A model generated the notes under the pieces. That model saw only the letters and a program-made list of their open reading frames with translations, was not told the DNA's origin and ran no database searches. A stretch of DNA of 64,000 bases. It comes from Octopus bimaculoides (lineage: Eukaryota). Positions within the stretch are counted from its first letter, which is position 1. Every line of letters begins with the position of its first letter. Of the stretch, positions 14,471 through 27,800 are shown in pieces. The stretch is taken from positions 4,011,074 to 4,075,073 of the forward strand of contig NC_068997.1 of assembly GCF_001194135.2 (NCBI RefSeq), in the 5' to 3' direction. A program made the position numbers and the translations under genes.

Positions 14471-15864
14471 TGTTTTCCCTAGGTGTCGGAAAGACACTGG
14501 GCAAGAAAGGGAAATAAAATTGTAAGAAGAAAAACTTATAATAATAATGGTTTCAAAATTCGGCCCCAAAAGGATGAAAGATATGTCCACCTCGGCGCAA
14601 TTTGAAGGTGAACGAAATGCCGCTAAATATCTAACCCGGCCTGCTAGCGGTTCTGTGAGCTTGCCATTACATGCAGAGGGTCTTTGTCACAGGTAATTTG
14701 GTCGTTGTAAATGACAAGTAAGTATGTTATCGACTGTAGAAGCATAAAACCCAAAGTAAGATTTGAAACCAGAACGTATAGTAATGCAGCCCAATCGCAC
14801 AGACTCTTCTGGAGACAAGTCCAAGAAATACCCTCTTTACTACAATCAAGCCTCATTTTTTTTTCATATCCTTCCTCTCGCTATTTTATGGTTCTTTCTC
14901 TTAGATTTGCTCAAAAACTAACGAGATATTACAACAGATCCCTGAAATCCTGCCCTTTCCACTTACCTTTCGGTTGCAACGTTAAATATTTTTTGAATAT
15001 TTGTTTAGAGCAGGTTAAAGGAGAGGTCAACGAAAGGTTTATCGATTTTAATCTCGACCATTCACTGGATAATATCAATGTGACCAAAGGGAGCGTCTTT
15101 TAATCAGTTTTATTAATGTTAATGATATGTGTTGTAATAAAACGAATATTATACAGTATCCAACAGATATCCGTACCGACCGCAAATAGAGAAAAAAAAT
15201 AATAACTGAAAAATCTTTCTCCACCACCACCACCACCAAAGTGAATCCATAAATTAGAAATCAGATTAATGGCTGTACATTTATTTATTTATTTATTTAC
15301 TTATTTATTTATTTTATTCTTGCAATGAAATAACCTTTAGTTTTTTTTTTTGTTTTTTTTTTCGAGGAATCAAATTTCTTGCTGTTAATGCTGAAGGGAA
15401 AACAGGCAAACAGCGTCATGAATTTAAATGTCGTCTCTGTTCCACTCTTTCACAATAAGGAGCCATTCTGTGAGAGTAGAAGAAGTGAAAGGACTCAACA
15501 AACCTTTGCGGACTTCTTTGTCTTCAGACATAAATAGTTCAACAAATGCTTAATTGTAGGACTCTCTTTAAGGACTCGAAATGATAAACAAAGAAGGCAA
15601 TGACATTAACGGCAATTTAGTTATAAGTGACATTAAGACGATGAGAGAGAGAGTGGAGGTTGGCTATCGATGGGAATATGATGGTGTAGGGGAAAACGTT
15701 GAGGTGAGGATGAAGTGGGGAGTTTGTGATGGTGAGGTGGTGAGAGGTGAATGAATATTACGATGGCGGGATGGGGAAGGTCCATGTTGTGATGGCTGGA
15801 CAACAATTAAACAAAGGAATGGAGATCAATAGAATGGTGGAGATGGAAATCAATATGAAATTCT

Positions 15865-15908
<44 letters not shown>

Positions 15909-16718
15909 AATTTGTGTTGGTAGAAAATGGATCTCTGGTTCTACTTCAGAAGGTGCTTATTGTATGAAGAATACAATGAAATAAGAGAACACCTACATGG
16001 TTCATTTTTGTATCTGGTTTGCAAGATTCTATGTGTGAATTCGTGTGTTGAAGGAAATCTTGTTGTGTCTGGGGTGAGTTATATTACCTTTATGCCTTAA
16101 TATCTAACACGCTCCCGAGTTCAATTTCCACTCATTTGTTATTTATATTGTTTTTTCCGAAATAATTTCACTGCTTTTGCAACCTTGTCAATAGATTTGG
16201 CCAATGTGGTTGTTCGACCGGCAAAACTAGCAATCAAATCTCTTGGAAGTCGGATTATGAATGGCCGGAATGTTTCATCAAACACGACAGAAATGGGTCT
16301 AAACAACAACAAAATGAAACAATGGAATTGCTCCCAGGCGAATCCTTAACTTGCTAGAAATAGAAGTGTAAATATCCTCATATCTATGAATATTATAGTC
16401 CTTTAGAAATAGAAAATGAGAATGATACAACTGGACGACATGGGTCATAAGTCTACTGGATTTTGGCAGATCTGGAACAAAACGACAACCAGCATCGAGA
16501 CCAATAGCAATGAAGTCTCCACTCTATATACTAAAAATACCAGCTAAATGTCACTCACAACATAACATATAATGAAAAGAAAGTACGCGAAGGAGTGTAG
16601 TGCGCGTCTTTGTTTGAAACGGAATGGTCACGGCTAGAACTTCGCTAATTATAAGTGTGTTCAATCACAGTCGACTACGTAGTTCGTGGGTGTTTCTGTG
16701 TGTTTATGTGTGTGCGTG

Positions 16719-16755
<37 letters not shown>

Positions 16756-18346
16756 GTGTTTGCATATGTGCGTTTGTGCGTGGATGTCTATATGTGTCTC
16801 TCTGTGTGTGCGTGCGTTTTGTTTGTGTCGGTCACCAACCTGTATCCATTTGCACCTGGAGATAACTTAGAGATTTGAAAGTGTAGATTCATTAAATATG
16901 TAGCTGAAAGGAATACATATTAGGGTCGATGATATCGGCTGAAACATTCATGAAGGTGGTGCTCCAGTATGGCAGCAGACCAGGTTACAGAAATGAGCAA
17001 AAACAGTTAGTTAAAATATACTCTTTGTGTTCGAGCTGCACCATTTTTTTCTTTTTAATTCTTTCCGTTTTTTAATATTTTTCTCCAACCCGAAAATATG
17101 CGGCGCAGTAACATGTTTCTGTGACGTATTAGAAAAACACAACTCCACAGGGATAGGATGTTAGTCCTATATCAACTACCTCTTATATTTTACCTAACCA
17201 TTTGATTGATTGCATAATATGCAAAGTGTGTCTAAAATGCCGGTGAATCTTTTACGGCCGGTGAATCTTTTACTAAACTTTTGTCATACGTCAATTAGCA
17301 ATGATCCTTATTTTAAGATGTGCGACATTAGTAGAAGGGAGGAAGAAATTATTTTCAGACTGGTGGCCTGGTCCCAATGCTTATAACAAAATGGACTCCA
17401 CTAAAGTCATTCAGCATCCACTTGCTGATATTAATGTTGGTGATGGTTCAACTCCATCGCACAATAAAGGGACAGCTCTTCATAAATGATTCCACTTAGT
17501 TTCGATCTACCTAGTTCTACTCATTGATCAATGTAAGACACTCGCTTAAGGTACAGTGCAACATGAGAGATTTAGCTGTTAAATTCCAGCTACTAGACCA
17601 ATCAAATACCAAAACCTTATACCCTTATACAAAACTTAGTGGAAAAGAGAGGAGAGAGAGTGTGAGAGAGAGAGAGAGTATACAAGGGGTTTTCGTCAAT
17701 TGAAGTAATGTAATAGGTATGTACAATGAATAATCTATTTGGTTTATCAAACAAAACTCAGCCTTGCACTGCAACTGAAAAGTGCGGTGTTCAGACCGCC
17801 TAACGAAGGCAGCTAGGAGTGGTTTTTCCTTGTTTATATTCTCTAAGTTAAAGGCTTTTTTTCAGTGATATTATATACTTTGATTTTTTTCATATTTCAT
17901 TTTACTGTCTCTCGTCCTCACTCTCGCTCTCTCATACATACATACATACATACATACATATTATCAATATGAGACACAATGTGAGTGCGTTATTAAACCC
18001 TGGGGAGCTGTGGTCTGGAGCGACCCTTTAAAGACGTATTATGTTTAAAACCATATCTCAAGGCTGTCGTTGAAATTAAAGTAATATTTTGTCGCGCTGT
18101 GTTTAGGCATGAGCAAAATTTGCTTTAGTTAAAATATGTTTGTGACATATTTCATCTGCTAAAGAACAAATTCACTGCAGTCACTGTGGAGAACGTTGTT
18201 GACTGTATTATAAGTCAATGCCATAGCTTTCGTAAGATATGTCGTGAGTTGCCTCTCTGACATCGATGTCTGGGAATCCGATAGGTGGTAACTCTCGGCA
18301 ACTATGGAGTTTTTACACCTTTACACGATTCTGCTAGCTTACCGCC

Positions 18347-18705
18347 TATTGCTGTATATCGGGATGGACATTGGTGTATTTTTTTTTTTTTGTCAAATGA
18401 AAAAACGCACTATATATTTTTTCTTTACACGTTTATTGCAGTTCCTATTTTATTATTTTAATTTATGTCCATCGTCCGGAAATCTTTCGTTACACATTTA
18501 TGAGTTCTTCGGCAACACTTTTCCTTTTCGCGTGTGTAGTTTCTCCACTTACTCTATTCTTGTATGTGACGAAAGATTTCCGGATTATCGACATAAGTTA
18601 GAATGATAAAATAAGAATATTGATAAACGAGTGAAGAAAATATACATAGTGCGTGTGTGTTTATTTGGCAAAAAGAAAACAAATTGACCGTCCCAAAATA
18701 CAATA
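18347..18705. repeat. Degenerate inverted repeat (MITE-like), arms ~140 bp
   Basis: tccggaaatctttcgt at ~18476 pairs with acgaaagatttccgga at ~18569. cgcactat.tattt..tctt..a.cgtttat pairs with 18620-18655. Outer gggatggaca/tgaccgtccc. Confidence 0.75.
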
Positions 18706-18778
18706 TCTGTTTCAACACACGATTTCACATTAGGAATCTTGCAAAACGAATTGATAAACATATACATACATACATATA

Positions 18779-18824
<46 letters not shown>

Positions 18825-19761
18825 AAAACATACACATACGCACACACATAGCGTGTAGTCCTAAATAAATTGTCTTCATACAGACATGATGGTCACATCT
18901 GGAGCAGTTTTCGTCATACGTCTGATCGACGTGGGCAGACGTTGGTTTAAACAATTTATCTGGTGTTAATTCATTATCTTTAATTTCTGTTGTCATCATC
19001 GACGTTCTTGGCGGTGATATTGTTGTGTGACGAGATCTCTTACTGTTTGCCAAAGCACTAGGAGTATGTGTGCGGACGTGTAAGGGTGCGTCCGTGCGTC
19101 CGTGCGTCCGTGCGTGCGTGTATGTGTGCGTCTGTACGTGCTCATGTGTGCGTGTGTGTGTAAGTGACTCGTATGATTGTATGCGTATGTCTATGACCGA
19201 TTATGTCCACATGTCAGTGTGTATGCCTGAGTGAGTGAATGTGCATATTTGTGTGAATGTCTCCGCATGTGAGTGTATGCGTAGTTATGCGTGTGTACAC
19301 GTTTATACCTGTACAGTTAGTATGTGTCTATCTACGTGTGCATGTGTCTATACGTATATATGTGTGTATGTATAAATTCGAGCGTATATATGTGTATATG
19401 TGTATATGTGTATATGAGTCTGTGTTTGTATGCGTATATGGATCCATATGCGTCTATGTGTGTGCTTGTGCATACCAGTGTGTGATTTTATAGATGTATA
19501 TATTGGCGTATGTGTATGTGTGGGTATATTACAAACACAGACATCTGTATGTGTGTCTATGTATATTGTTATGTGTATGTAATTCGGTACGTGTTTGTGT
19601 GTGCGATTGCCCGTGTACACGTGTGCAAGTATGTGTGGGTATGTATGTATATGCATCTACGAGAATACGTGTTAATTGCTGATTAACTTGCTTTTTACTA
19701 ATTACGAAACGTAAGATAACCATCTGGTTGTTAACAGCAGCACAATTGACTATAGATACAG

Positions 19762-19765
19762 TTGC

Positions 19766-19820
<55 letters not shown>

Positions 19821-20095
19821 GGTGGTGGTGGTACTAGTGGCTGTGGTGGCAATCGTGGTAGAACTAGTGATGGCCGCGATAGTGTTGGTGGTGGTAGTAG
19901 AGCTAGTAGTGCTGGTGATGGTAATAGCAGTAATGTTGGTGTTGGTTTTGGCGATGTAGTGGTGGAAATGGTGGCCGCAGTGGCGGTGGCAGCGATGAGG
20001 ATGTTAGTGATGGTGGTGACGGTAGTAGAAGTGGTGATGCTGGTGGTAACGATGATAAAGGTGGTGGTGGTGGTGGTGGTGGTGGTAGAGTTGGT
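19762..20095. repeat. (GTT)n/(GGT)n trinucleotide block
   Basis: Direct inspection. Confidence 0.9.
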
Positions 20096-20491
20096 TTTCA
20101 ATAGCATTCAGAAAATTTTGAGATTCCGTGTTCAAGACAGTAAATAATGCTATTTGTATAATCAGTGGTGAAACGCTAATGGAGATTCTTAATTACTCTC
20201 GGCACAGGATTATTACGGATTCTTACTCATTGCTGGTGGTTTCCTTTCTGAAACTCTCCAAACTATTTCTTGACGATGTCCAAACTTATTCAAATTCAAC
20301 GCCTAATCTCGTTCTACCCACGCGCAAACACGCCAGCGCCGGTGCGTATTTAAATGATTATATCCGGATATAGCTATCATTCATACTTTATTTTCTTCAT
20401 CTTCTCCTCGAATACATATATGTAAACATACATCTATATGTGTGTGTATGTGTGTGTGGATGTGTGAGAGAGAGCGCGTATATGCGTGTCT

Positions 20492-20556
<65 letters not shown>

Positions 20557-20653
20557 CAATATATGTTTATGAATATATATAAACATACTTATATATTAGA
20601 AAATTACTATTTTTAAATCTCACAACGAGAGATATTCAGCAACAATACTTCTC

Positions 20654-21027
20654 AGTAAAGATTGTTTGCCAACATAACATGGCAGTCGTCGTTTAGGAAG
20701 AATGTTGCTGTAATTTAGCCCCAGGAGACATCGTATCCAGCTGGCTATACGACACGATGTGTGTCCTTATATTCTAGAACAAGGGAATCTAGCACCCCCA
20801 CTCAGCTCAAAACAATATCTGTGTATCACGAAGGGAAATAACCCGGAAATTACGATACACAGATATTGTTTTCAACTGAATTGGGGTTATAGATTTCCTT
20901 GTTCAAATATATAAGGACACAGATTGTGTCGTATAGCCAGCTGAAGACGATGTCTCCTGGGTCTAAATTGCAGCAACATTCGTCCGAAACCAAGACTGTC
21001 ATGTTATGTTGGCAAACAATCTTTACT
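20654..21027. repeat. Long inverted repeat / foldback (MITE-like), arms ~174 bp, loop ~26 bp
   Basis: 20654-20827 is the reverse complement of 20854-21027 with scattered mismatches (agtaaagattgtttgccaacataacat ... atgttatgttggcaaacaatctttact). Confidence 0.9.
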
Positions 21028-21156
21028 TCATAGTTACATATATTATTGCTGGCAGAATCATTAGCACGACGGGCGAAATGCTTAGCGGTATTTCTTCTTA
21101 GTTCAAATTCCGCCGAGGTCAACTTTACCTTAAATCAAGTACCTATAATAGAAATG

Positions 21157-21214
<58 letters not shown>

Positions 21215-21216
<2 letters not shown>

Positions 21217-21430
21217 GAGTGAGAGAGCAGTGCATGCCATCAAAGTAACACTGGGGTAAAATATACGAAATCCAGTATACCCATCATGACTACACGTCTG
21301 ACAAGGGTACACCCGGCACATGCATCACACCCATATGTGCGCGATATGGTGATTTCATATCAAGATAAACAGCGCATGACCTCGCAGGTGGGGCCCAGTT
21401 AGAATTTTCTTCAGGTCGAGTAGCCCATCC
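21215..21430 (+). repeat. Dispersed repeat embedded in ATT microsatellite (partial inverted copy at 13040-13105)
   Basis: caggtggggcccagttagaattttcttcaggtcgagtagcccatcccgctcaaaaggtccctg matches the reverse complement of 13041-13103. Confidence 0.75.
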
Positions 21431-21449
21431 CGCTCAAAAGGTCCCTGAA

Positions 21450-21481
<32 letters not shown>

Positions 21482-21501
21482 TATTATTATCATTATTATC
21501 A

Positions 21502-21564
<63 letters not shown>

Positions 21565-21565
<1 letters not shown>

Positions 21566-22385
21566 ACGATTCAATATTTGAGGCAAGTTTCTACTGCATC
21601 TCCTGCTACACCTCCATGTTGCTGGGAAGTATGCAGCATTGTATGTTCTGTTTTGCTGTTGGGAGTGTGCAAACTCTTCCTGGTATTGTATTGTGTTGGC
21701 TTTTTTTTCCCTTGAGGTGTGGTGCTATCTTTTGTTGTTTTACTGCTTGTATTGTGTGTTGCTTGTGTAACGCTTTGGCTTTTTAGGCTTGGTGGGAGTT
21801 TATTTCACTGGGTAAATGCTGCATAGATTCTGTCTTGTATTTCTAGGTTGTTTGGTTTAGGTTGTATTATAGGATTGATAGCGTCTTGCGTAGGATGTAG
21901 GGTATTCCTAGTAGGGCTATCTTTTTGACATTGTGTAGTGTTGAGGATCCAGGTATAGTTTCTACATTTTTGTTCATATGATTTTTTATCATGCCCAATG
22001 TTCCAGTTATTATTGGTATTGGTTTTACCCTCACGTCCCACATTTTGAATGCTTCAATTTCGAGGTCTTTGTACTTTGACAATTTCTCTACATCTTTTTT
22101 GACAAAATTTTGATCAGAAGGGACAGCAATGTCTATCAATAAGCAGGTGTTTTTGCCCAGTCCTTGACTTCATGTCAGGGTGATTAGATTTTATTTATGT
22201 CTTTTACTTCTTCTGTTGGTGTAGCATTGATGCATTGATCTATATTTTCTTTTTGGTAGAATCTTTTGGGGTTGGAGTTGAACTGTTTGTTTTGTTCAAA
22301 GAAATGATGGCGTGTCTCATACTGGCGAATTAATTGTGCTATCTTGCTTTAGCTGTTCTATTACGTCAGGTATACCTTGTTCTGT
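21565..22385 (-). mobile_element. R4/Dong-like LINE (family 1), internally deleted, 3' end running into (AAT)n
   Basis: ORF 21867-22139 MIDIAVPSDQNFVKKDVEKLSKYKDLEIEAFKMWDVRVKPIPIITGTLGMI is the REL C-terminus. It is fused to an N-terminal piece (RQYETRHHFFEQNKQFNSNPKRFYQ). The 3' UTR abuts the ATT array. Confidence 0.85.
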
Positions 22386-22404
22386 AATTTTGTATTTACG
22401 TATT

Positions 22405-22975
22405 ATTATCATTATTATCCTGGGCGTCGAGGAGGATCAATTGACTGGCCTCTTCCGGAGGTCTTTCGGGAACTATGGATAATTTCCAGAAATCCTTGGC
22501 CCAGCAGTGTTACCGGAAGGCACTGCCGGTTCGAGATACGCTCCACAGGCACGGGTGTGCAGTCAGTCGGGATTGTCTGAGATGCACGCGGAGCGATGTA
22601 ACCGTTCTGCATGCTTTCGTACAGTGCCCGCGCATTGCTGACTTTGTCGAACAGTTATTGTCACGTGTAGGACGGATCCGGAAATCGCCCGAGTCCATTG
22701 TGAACATCGCCCCGCTTCTTTCCTTTGACCGGGAATAGAGGACAATTTTTTTCTGTCTGGTGTTTATGGCGAAAGAGGTGTGGTGGACGCGATTGAAAGG
22801 GTTGAAGACGGGTACCTGCCGCTTTGGCCAAGGTCTCATTAACTTTTTCAAGTTCCAACTAAAAAGGAAAGTGAGGCTGGAGAGGGAGGTACTATCACCC
22901 AGTAAGTTCGTTGAAAGGGAGGTGAATGTGGCAAGAATCGCCTGCGTGAATGGGCCTACTCTAAGTGTGTGTCAG
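22405..22975 (+). mobile_element. L1/Tx1-like LINE 3' fragment (zf-RVT domain)
   Basis: CYRKALPVRDTLHRHGCAVSRDCLRCTRSDVTVLHAFVQCP matches the RT-associated zinc-binding motif (LPVxxxL...CxxC..ETxxH...C). GC-richer than the flanks. Confidence 0.75.
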
Positions 22976-22984
22976 TTTGCCATC

Positions 22985-23295
22985 TCAGAAACGTCTGAAC
23001 CACTCGTACACTTGTGCTCGGCTCATACACTCTTCTCCATATACTTTCTGCAAATTTGCGTAGGCCTCTGAAAATGTATCACCATGACAACTTTCTGTTA
23101 TGATCAATGCGAGGACCACACGCTACACACGTTCTTTCCAAGCACTGCTGTAAACAGTGAAAGTTAGCTAGAACGTTAAAACCTAGTGAGCCTGCACAGT
23201 AGTACACTAAGTCAATCTGTGCCTAGTAGTCTTTCTCTGCGTGCATTAGCTTCGCTATTATGGCAACAGTTGTGATACTTATTGATCAGACCTCG
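22985..23295 (-). mobile_element. 5' end of a mariner element (same family as 35900-37197), with TIR
   Basis: Shares cacttgt..ctcggctcatacact...gcgtagg.ctctg with 36850-36920 and ends in TIR ttgatcagacctcg followed by TA. Confidence 0.7.
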
Positions 23296-23992
23296 TACAC
23301 TGCATGAATATTTATATTATATCGTTACGTGAGCATACTATTCCGACCTAATGATGTACCTCAGGTTCAGTACCTAATTCAACTGAATCTTTCTGTTATA
23401 TATATATATTAATAGATCTATTGATATATATATTAATATATATATATNNNNNNNNNNNNNNNNNNNNNNNNNNNNNNNNNNNNNNNNNNNNNNNNNNNNN
23501 NNNNNNNNNNNNNNNNNNNNNNNNNNNNNNNNNNNNNNNNNNNNNNNNNNNNNNNNNNNNNNNNNNNNNNNNNNNNNNNNNNNNNNNNNNNNNNNNNNNN
23601 NNNNNNNNNNNNNNNNNNNNNNNNNNNNNNNNNNNNNNNNNNNNNNNNNNNNNNNNNNNNNNNNNNNNNNNNNNNNNNNNNNNNNNNNNNNNNNNNNNNN
23701 NNNNNNNNNNNNNNNNNNNNNNNNNNNNNNNNNNNNNNNNNNNNNNNNNNNNNNNNNNNNNNNNNNNNNNNNNNNNNNNNNNNNNNNNNNNNNNNNNNNN
23801 NNNNNNNNNNNNNNNNNNNNNNNNNNNNNNNNNNNNNNNNNNNNNNNNNNNNNNNNNNNNNNNNNNNNNNNNNNNNNNNNNNNNNNNNNNNNNNNNNNNN
23901 NNNNNNNNNNNNNNNNNNNNNNNNNNNNNNNNNNNNNNNNNNNNNNNNNNNNNNNNNNNNNNNNNNNNNNNNNNNNNNNNNNNNNNNNNNNN

Positions 23993-24030
<38 letters not shown>

Positions 24031-24205
24031 TTGTTTCGCGTTTTTGGTCTGCGGCCATTGATCGTTACATATTTGTGTGTGTGTGTGTGTGTAGTAATTG
24101 ATATTCCAAATCAGATTTTGATATTCCAGAAAATGAATTAACACACACATGCCCGCGCACAAACGCATGCATATTTGCACACTCACGCTACCAGCAAACA
24201 TCTGC

Positions 24206-24241
<36 letters not shown>

Positions 24242-24823
24242 ACATATATGCATGCATATATATATACATTAATACACACACACATATAGATATACATATA
24301 CATATATATACCTTATTACATGTATACATAATTATATATTTAGATGCTTAAACACACTTCACTACATTCATGTTTACATACGTGAATTCATAATAGATTA
24401 AAACAAATCTTTGTAACACATATTTTGATTACAACTGCCAAGTAATCTATAGCAATTATTATTGAACAGCAACCAGATTGATTTCACTTGAAACCCTTTC
24501 ATATATCCAACATACGAAATGGCAAACGGCAAATCTTAACGTTGAATACAAACGCGTGATATATCATATAACCTGTATACGTGCAACGGTTGTTTTTGTG
24601 TCTTTAACTCGTTCTCCCTATCTATCTGTATATCTTACTATGTGTCAATCTATCTTTCTCTATCTATATAGATATCTGTCATTCGGTTTGTCTGACTGTC
24701 TGTCTCTCTATCTCTTTGTCTATGTTGACGTCACTGTTGTAATATCGTCTTACAAGAGACTGTTCAAATAAACTCACCGATGATTGCCAAAATTGTATTT
24801 ATAAATATATGTGCTCGTTTGTA

Positions 24824-24857
<34 letters not shown>

Positions 24858-27800
24858 CGTGTGTGCGAATTGATTGCTCCAGATTGCATACAAATTCTAC
24901 ATAAATTGAAGATAAGCCTATATATATCAACAATCGCATTGTTTAATCATATTTTTACTTTTTTTCAGTTNNNNNNNNNNNNNNNNNNNNNNNNNNNNNN
25001 NNNNNNNNNNNNNNNNNNNNNNNNNNNNNNNNNNNNNNNNNNNNNNNNNNNNNNNNNNNNNNNNNNNNNNNNNNNNNNNNNNNNNNNNNNNNNNNNNNNN
25101 NNNNNNNNNNNNNNNNNNNNNNNNNNNNNNNNNNNNNNNNNNNNNNNNNNNNNNNNNNNNNNNNNNNNNNNNNNNNNNNNNNNNNNNNNNNNNNNNNNNN
25201 NNNNNNNNNNNNNNNNNNNNNNNNNNNNNNNNNNNNNNNNNNNNNNNNNNNNNNNNNNNNNNNNNNNNNNNNNNNNNNNNNNNNNNNNNNNNNNNNNNNN
25301 NNNNNNNNNNNNNNNNNNNNNNNNNNNNNNNNNNNNNNNNNNNNNNNNNNNNNNNNNNNNNNNNNNNNNNNNNNNNNNNNNNNNNNNNNNNNNNNNNNNN
25401 NNNNNNNNNNNNNNNNNNNNNNNNNNNNNNNNNNNNNNNNNNNNNNNNNNNNNNNNNNNNNNNNNNNNNNNNNNNNNNNNNNNNNNNNNNNNNNNNNNNN
25501 NNNNNNNNNNNNNNNNNNNNNNNNNNNNNNNNNNNNNNNNNNNNNNNNNNNNNNNNNNNNNNNNNNNNNNNNNNNNNNNNNNNNNNNNNNNNNNNNNNNN
25601 NNNNNNNNNNNNNNNNNNNNNNNTATATTCATATATAAATATATATAAAATAATCAAATACAGGAAATCACCAACGAGTGAAAACTACGTAAACACAAAC
25701 TGAGAGACAAGTACTGGACAAACTACCCGAAGAAGTCTAACCCGTCTTCAGTTGTCGACTGTTAATTACTTCCTACTTCGAGCTTTCAACGACAAGATAG
25801 GAAAACTTCATAAAACAACAGCATGCAGAAATTTTTGAAATATAAAATTTGTGGAGAGTTAGAGCTTCGAACGAATAAACAACGGTAGAGAGGAAGTACA
25901 GAGTAAGCAATCGACGAATGCAGACATTAAGGGCCGTTAGTCCAAGACGCATTGTAATGGGTAACGCCAGAAAGAGAAATTTTGAAAGGATATAGAATAA
26001 ATAGAAGAGAACAAAATAATAGAAGACAAAAAAAATAGAGAGAAAAATATCGTGTGTGCGCGCACGCGTGTATGTGTGTGCGTGTGTGTGTGTATGTGTG
26101 TACATATGTTACATACATTTGTGCTTACAGTAAAAACATCTTATCTTTGAGATATATTTGTTTTGAATTTTTATCAACAAATATTTTATAGTCGATATAG
26201 ATTTAAGAGTGCCATTCGCTATCAAGAATGCCTTGGTAACAAGCACCGTACATCAACCCCAGTGCTCCACCGGTACTTATCCTATCGACCCTGAAAGGAT
26301 GAAAAGTGAAGTCGACCACGGCGGAATTTGAACTCAAAACGTAAAGACGGACGAAACGCTGCTAAGCACTTTGTCCGACGTGCTAACGATTCTGCCAGTT
26401 CGTCGCCTTGATGGCACCTTATATATTGACACCAAAAGAACGGAAGATAAAATTGACCTCAAAGAAATTTGAACTCAGCACACAGAGAGCCATAAAAATT
26501 ATTCCACTACATTGTATCCGAAGATATAAAATCTTTGCCAACCTCCTTAGAGCTTATTGCTCCAAAGTAGCTGGCAAAGTCTTTTATAACTTAAATGGTG
26601 GCTAACATACACACCTTTTTATTACAGCTATTTCACCTCAATTCAGTTTTTAAATAATTTTATCACAACCCCCACCCAAAAAGTTAAACTTATTTCTCAG
26701 ATTTTAACGAAATGTCTCCCTAGGCTATTTCACGTCTTTTCAATTTTTTTAAAACATTGTCTCTTTCAGCCAGCCATTGAACTTTCACTTAGATTTGAAT
26801 CTATTATACATTTTCCCCTCAGCTTGCCCTTACTCAGATCATAATTTCCTCCTTTCACTGCAGACGTCAGATATATCTACTCAAAATTTCATTACTCTTA
26901 ACTGCAGAAAGTAATTTTACACACCAATCAATATTTTCATGAGGTATGTCACGTTTTAGCTTTTGTTGAGACATGTCAGGTTTATTGAAGCGACGTAACC
27001 TGGAGAAAATACAAATTCTATTTTACTGGAATAACCATGACATTTTATTTCGTAATTGAAGGGTTAATGTGTTTCACCTTCAGAAAACATTTTAACCAAA
27101 TACATTTTCCCTTGGACTATTTTACCTCTACCCAGATGTCAAATTATTGTCTCTTCCAGCCATTCTACCTATACTCAACAACTGAATAAACAACTATTCT
27201 AGGTGAACACATTTTATCACTTCGAATGTTGATATTTTTACCCTCTAAACGATTTTTGATGTGTGCATTTAGCAACATCTAAGTACCATTAAATTTGGAT
27301 TTCTTATTATAAACATTTCTGTCTCACAAGTTAAATCAAAATCGTCCAGTTAATGTTATGTTGTTTTTAGAAAACAATCTTAGACGAAGCAGTAGATGTC
27401 TTCTGATTCTATTGACATATTAGAAGTATTTACAATTTTACCATTTTTATTAATCATCAACTAGCAATGTAGATAGCTGGGAACAATCAATGGAACCAAA
27501 CACCGTTATTTCAAACTCTCTTTCAATTCCGGAGATGGTCAGGATTGGTTAAACACTTCCGTCAGTAAATGTTTAGTTTTAGATTCGCTCTACAATGAAA
27601 TCTTACCAATTCAGCACCGTCAGTAGGAACCGGTAATTAGATGTTTACAAGACCGAGTTGCATTGAATCAGTTCTGCTCTAGAATATTTTCAAATGTTTG
27701 TTATCTTTATTTAAAGAAGAATCGAATAATTAAAAATATTTGAGCAATTCTAAGTAAGTTAAAACCATGTTTAGTATTTGTGTGGTGTGGCTATATCTGT

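Noticed and set aside
18110-18215. LLKNKFTAVTVENVVDC resembling a hAT dimerisation-domain tail
   Set aside because: Too short, with no other hAT motifs or TIRs identified.
18860-19053. Non-repetitive minus ORF MANSKRSRHTTISPPRTS...
   Set aside because: No convincing splice sites, family motif or partner exon. It runs into a microsatellite.
23374-25703. 200-300 aa ORFs rich in X (also near 4.4, 44.8, 46.3, 51.0, 54.6 and 60.8 kb)
   Set aside because: They only span N gaps.
27055-27068. gggttaa as a piggyBac terminus
   Set aside because: No matching ttaaccc end or transposase sequence nearby.
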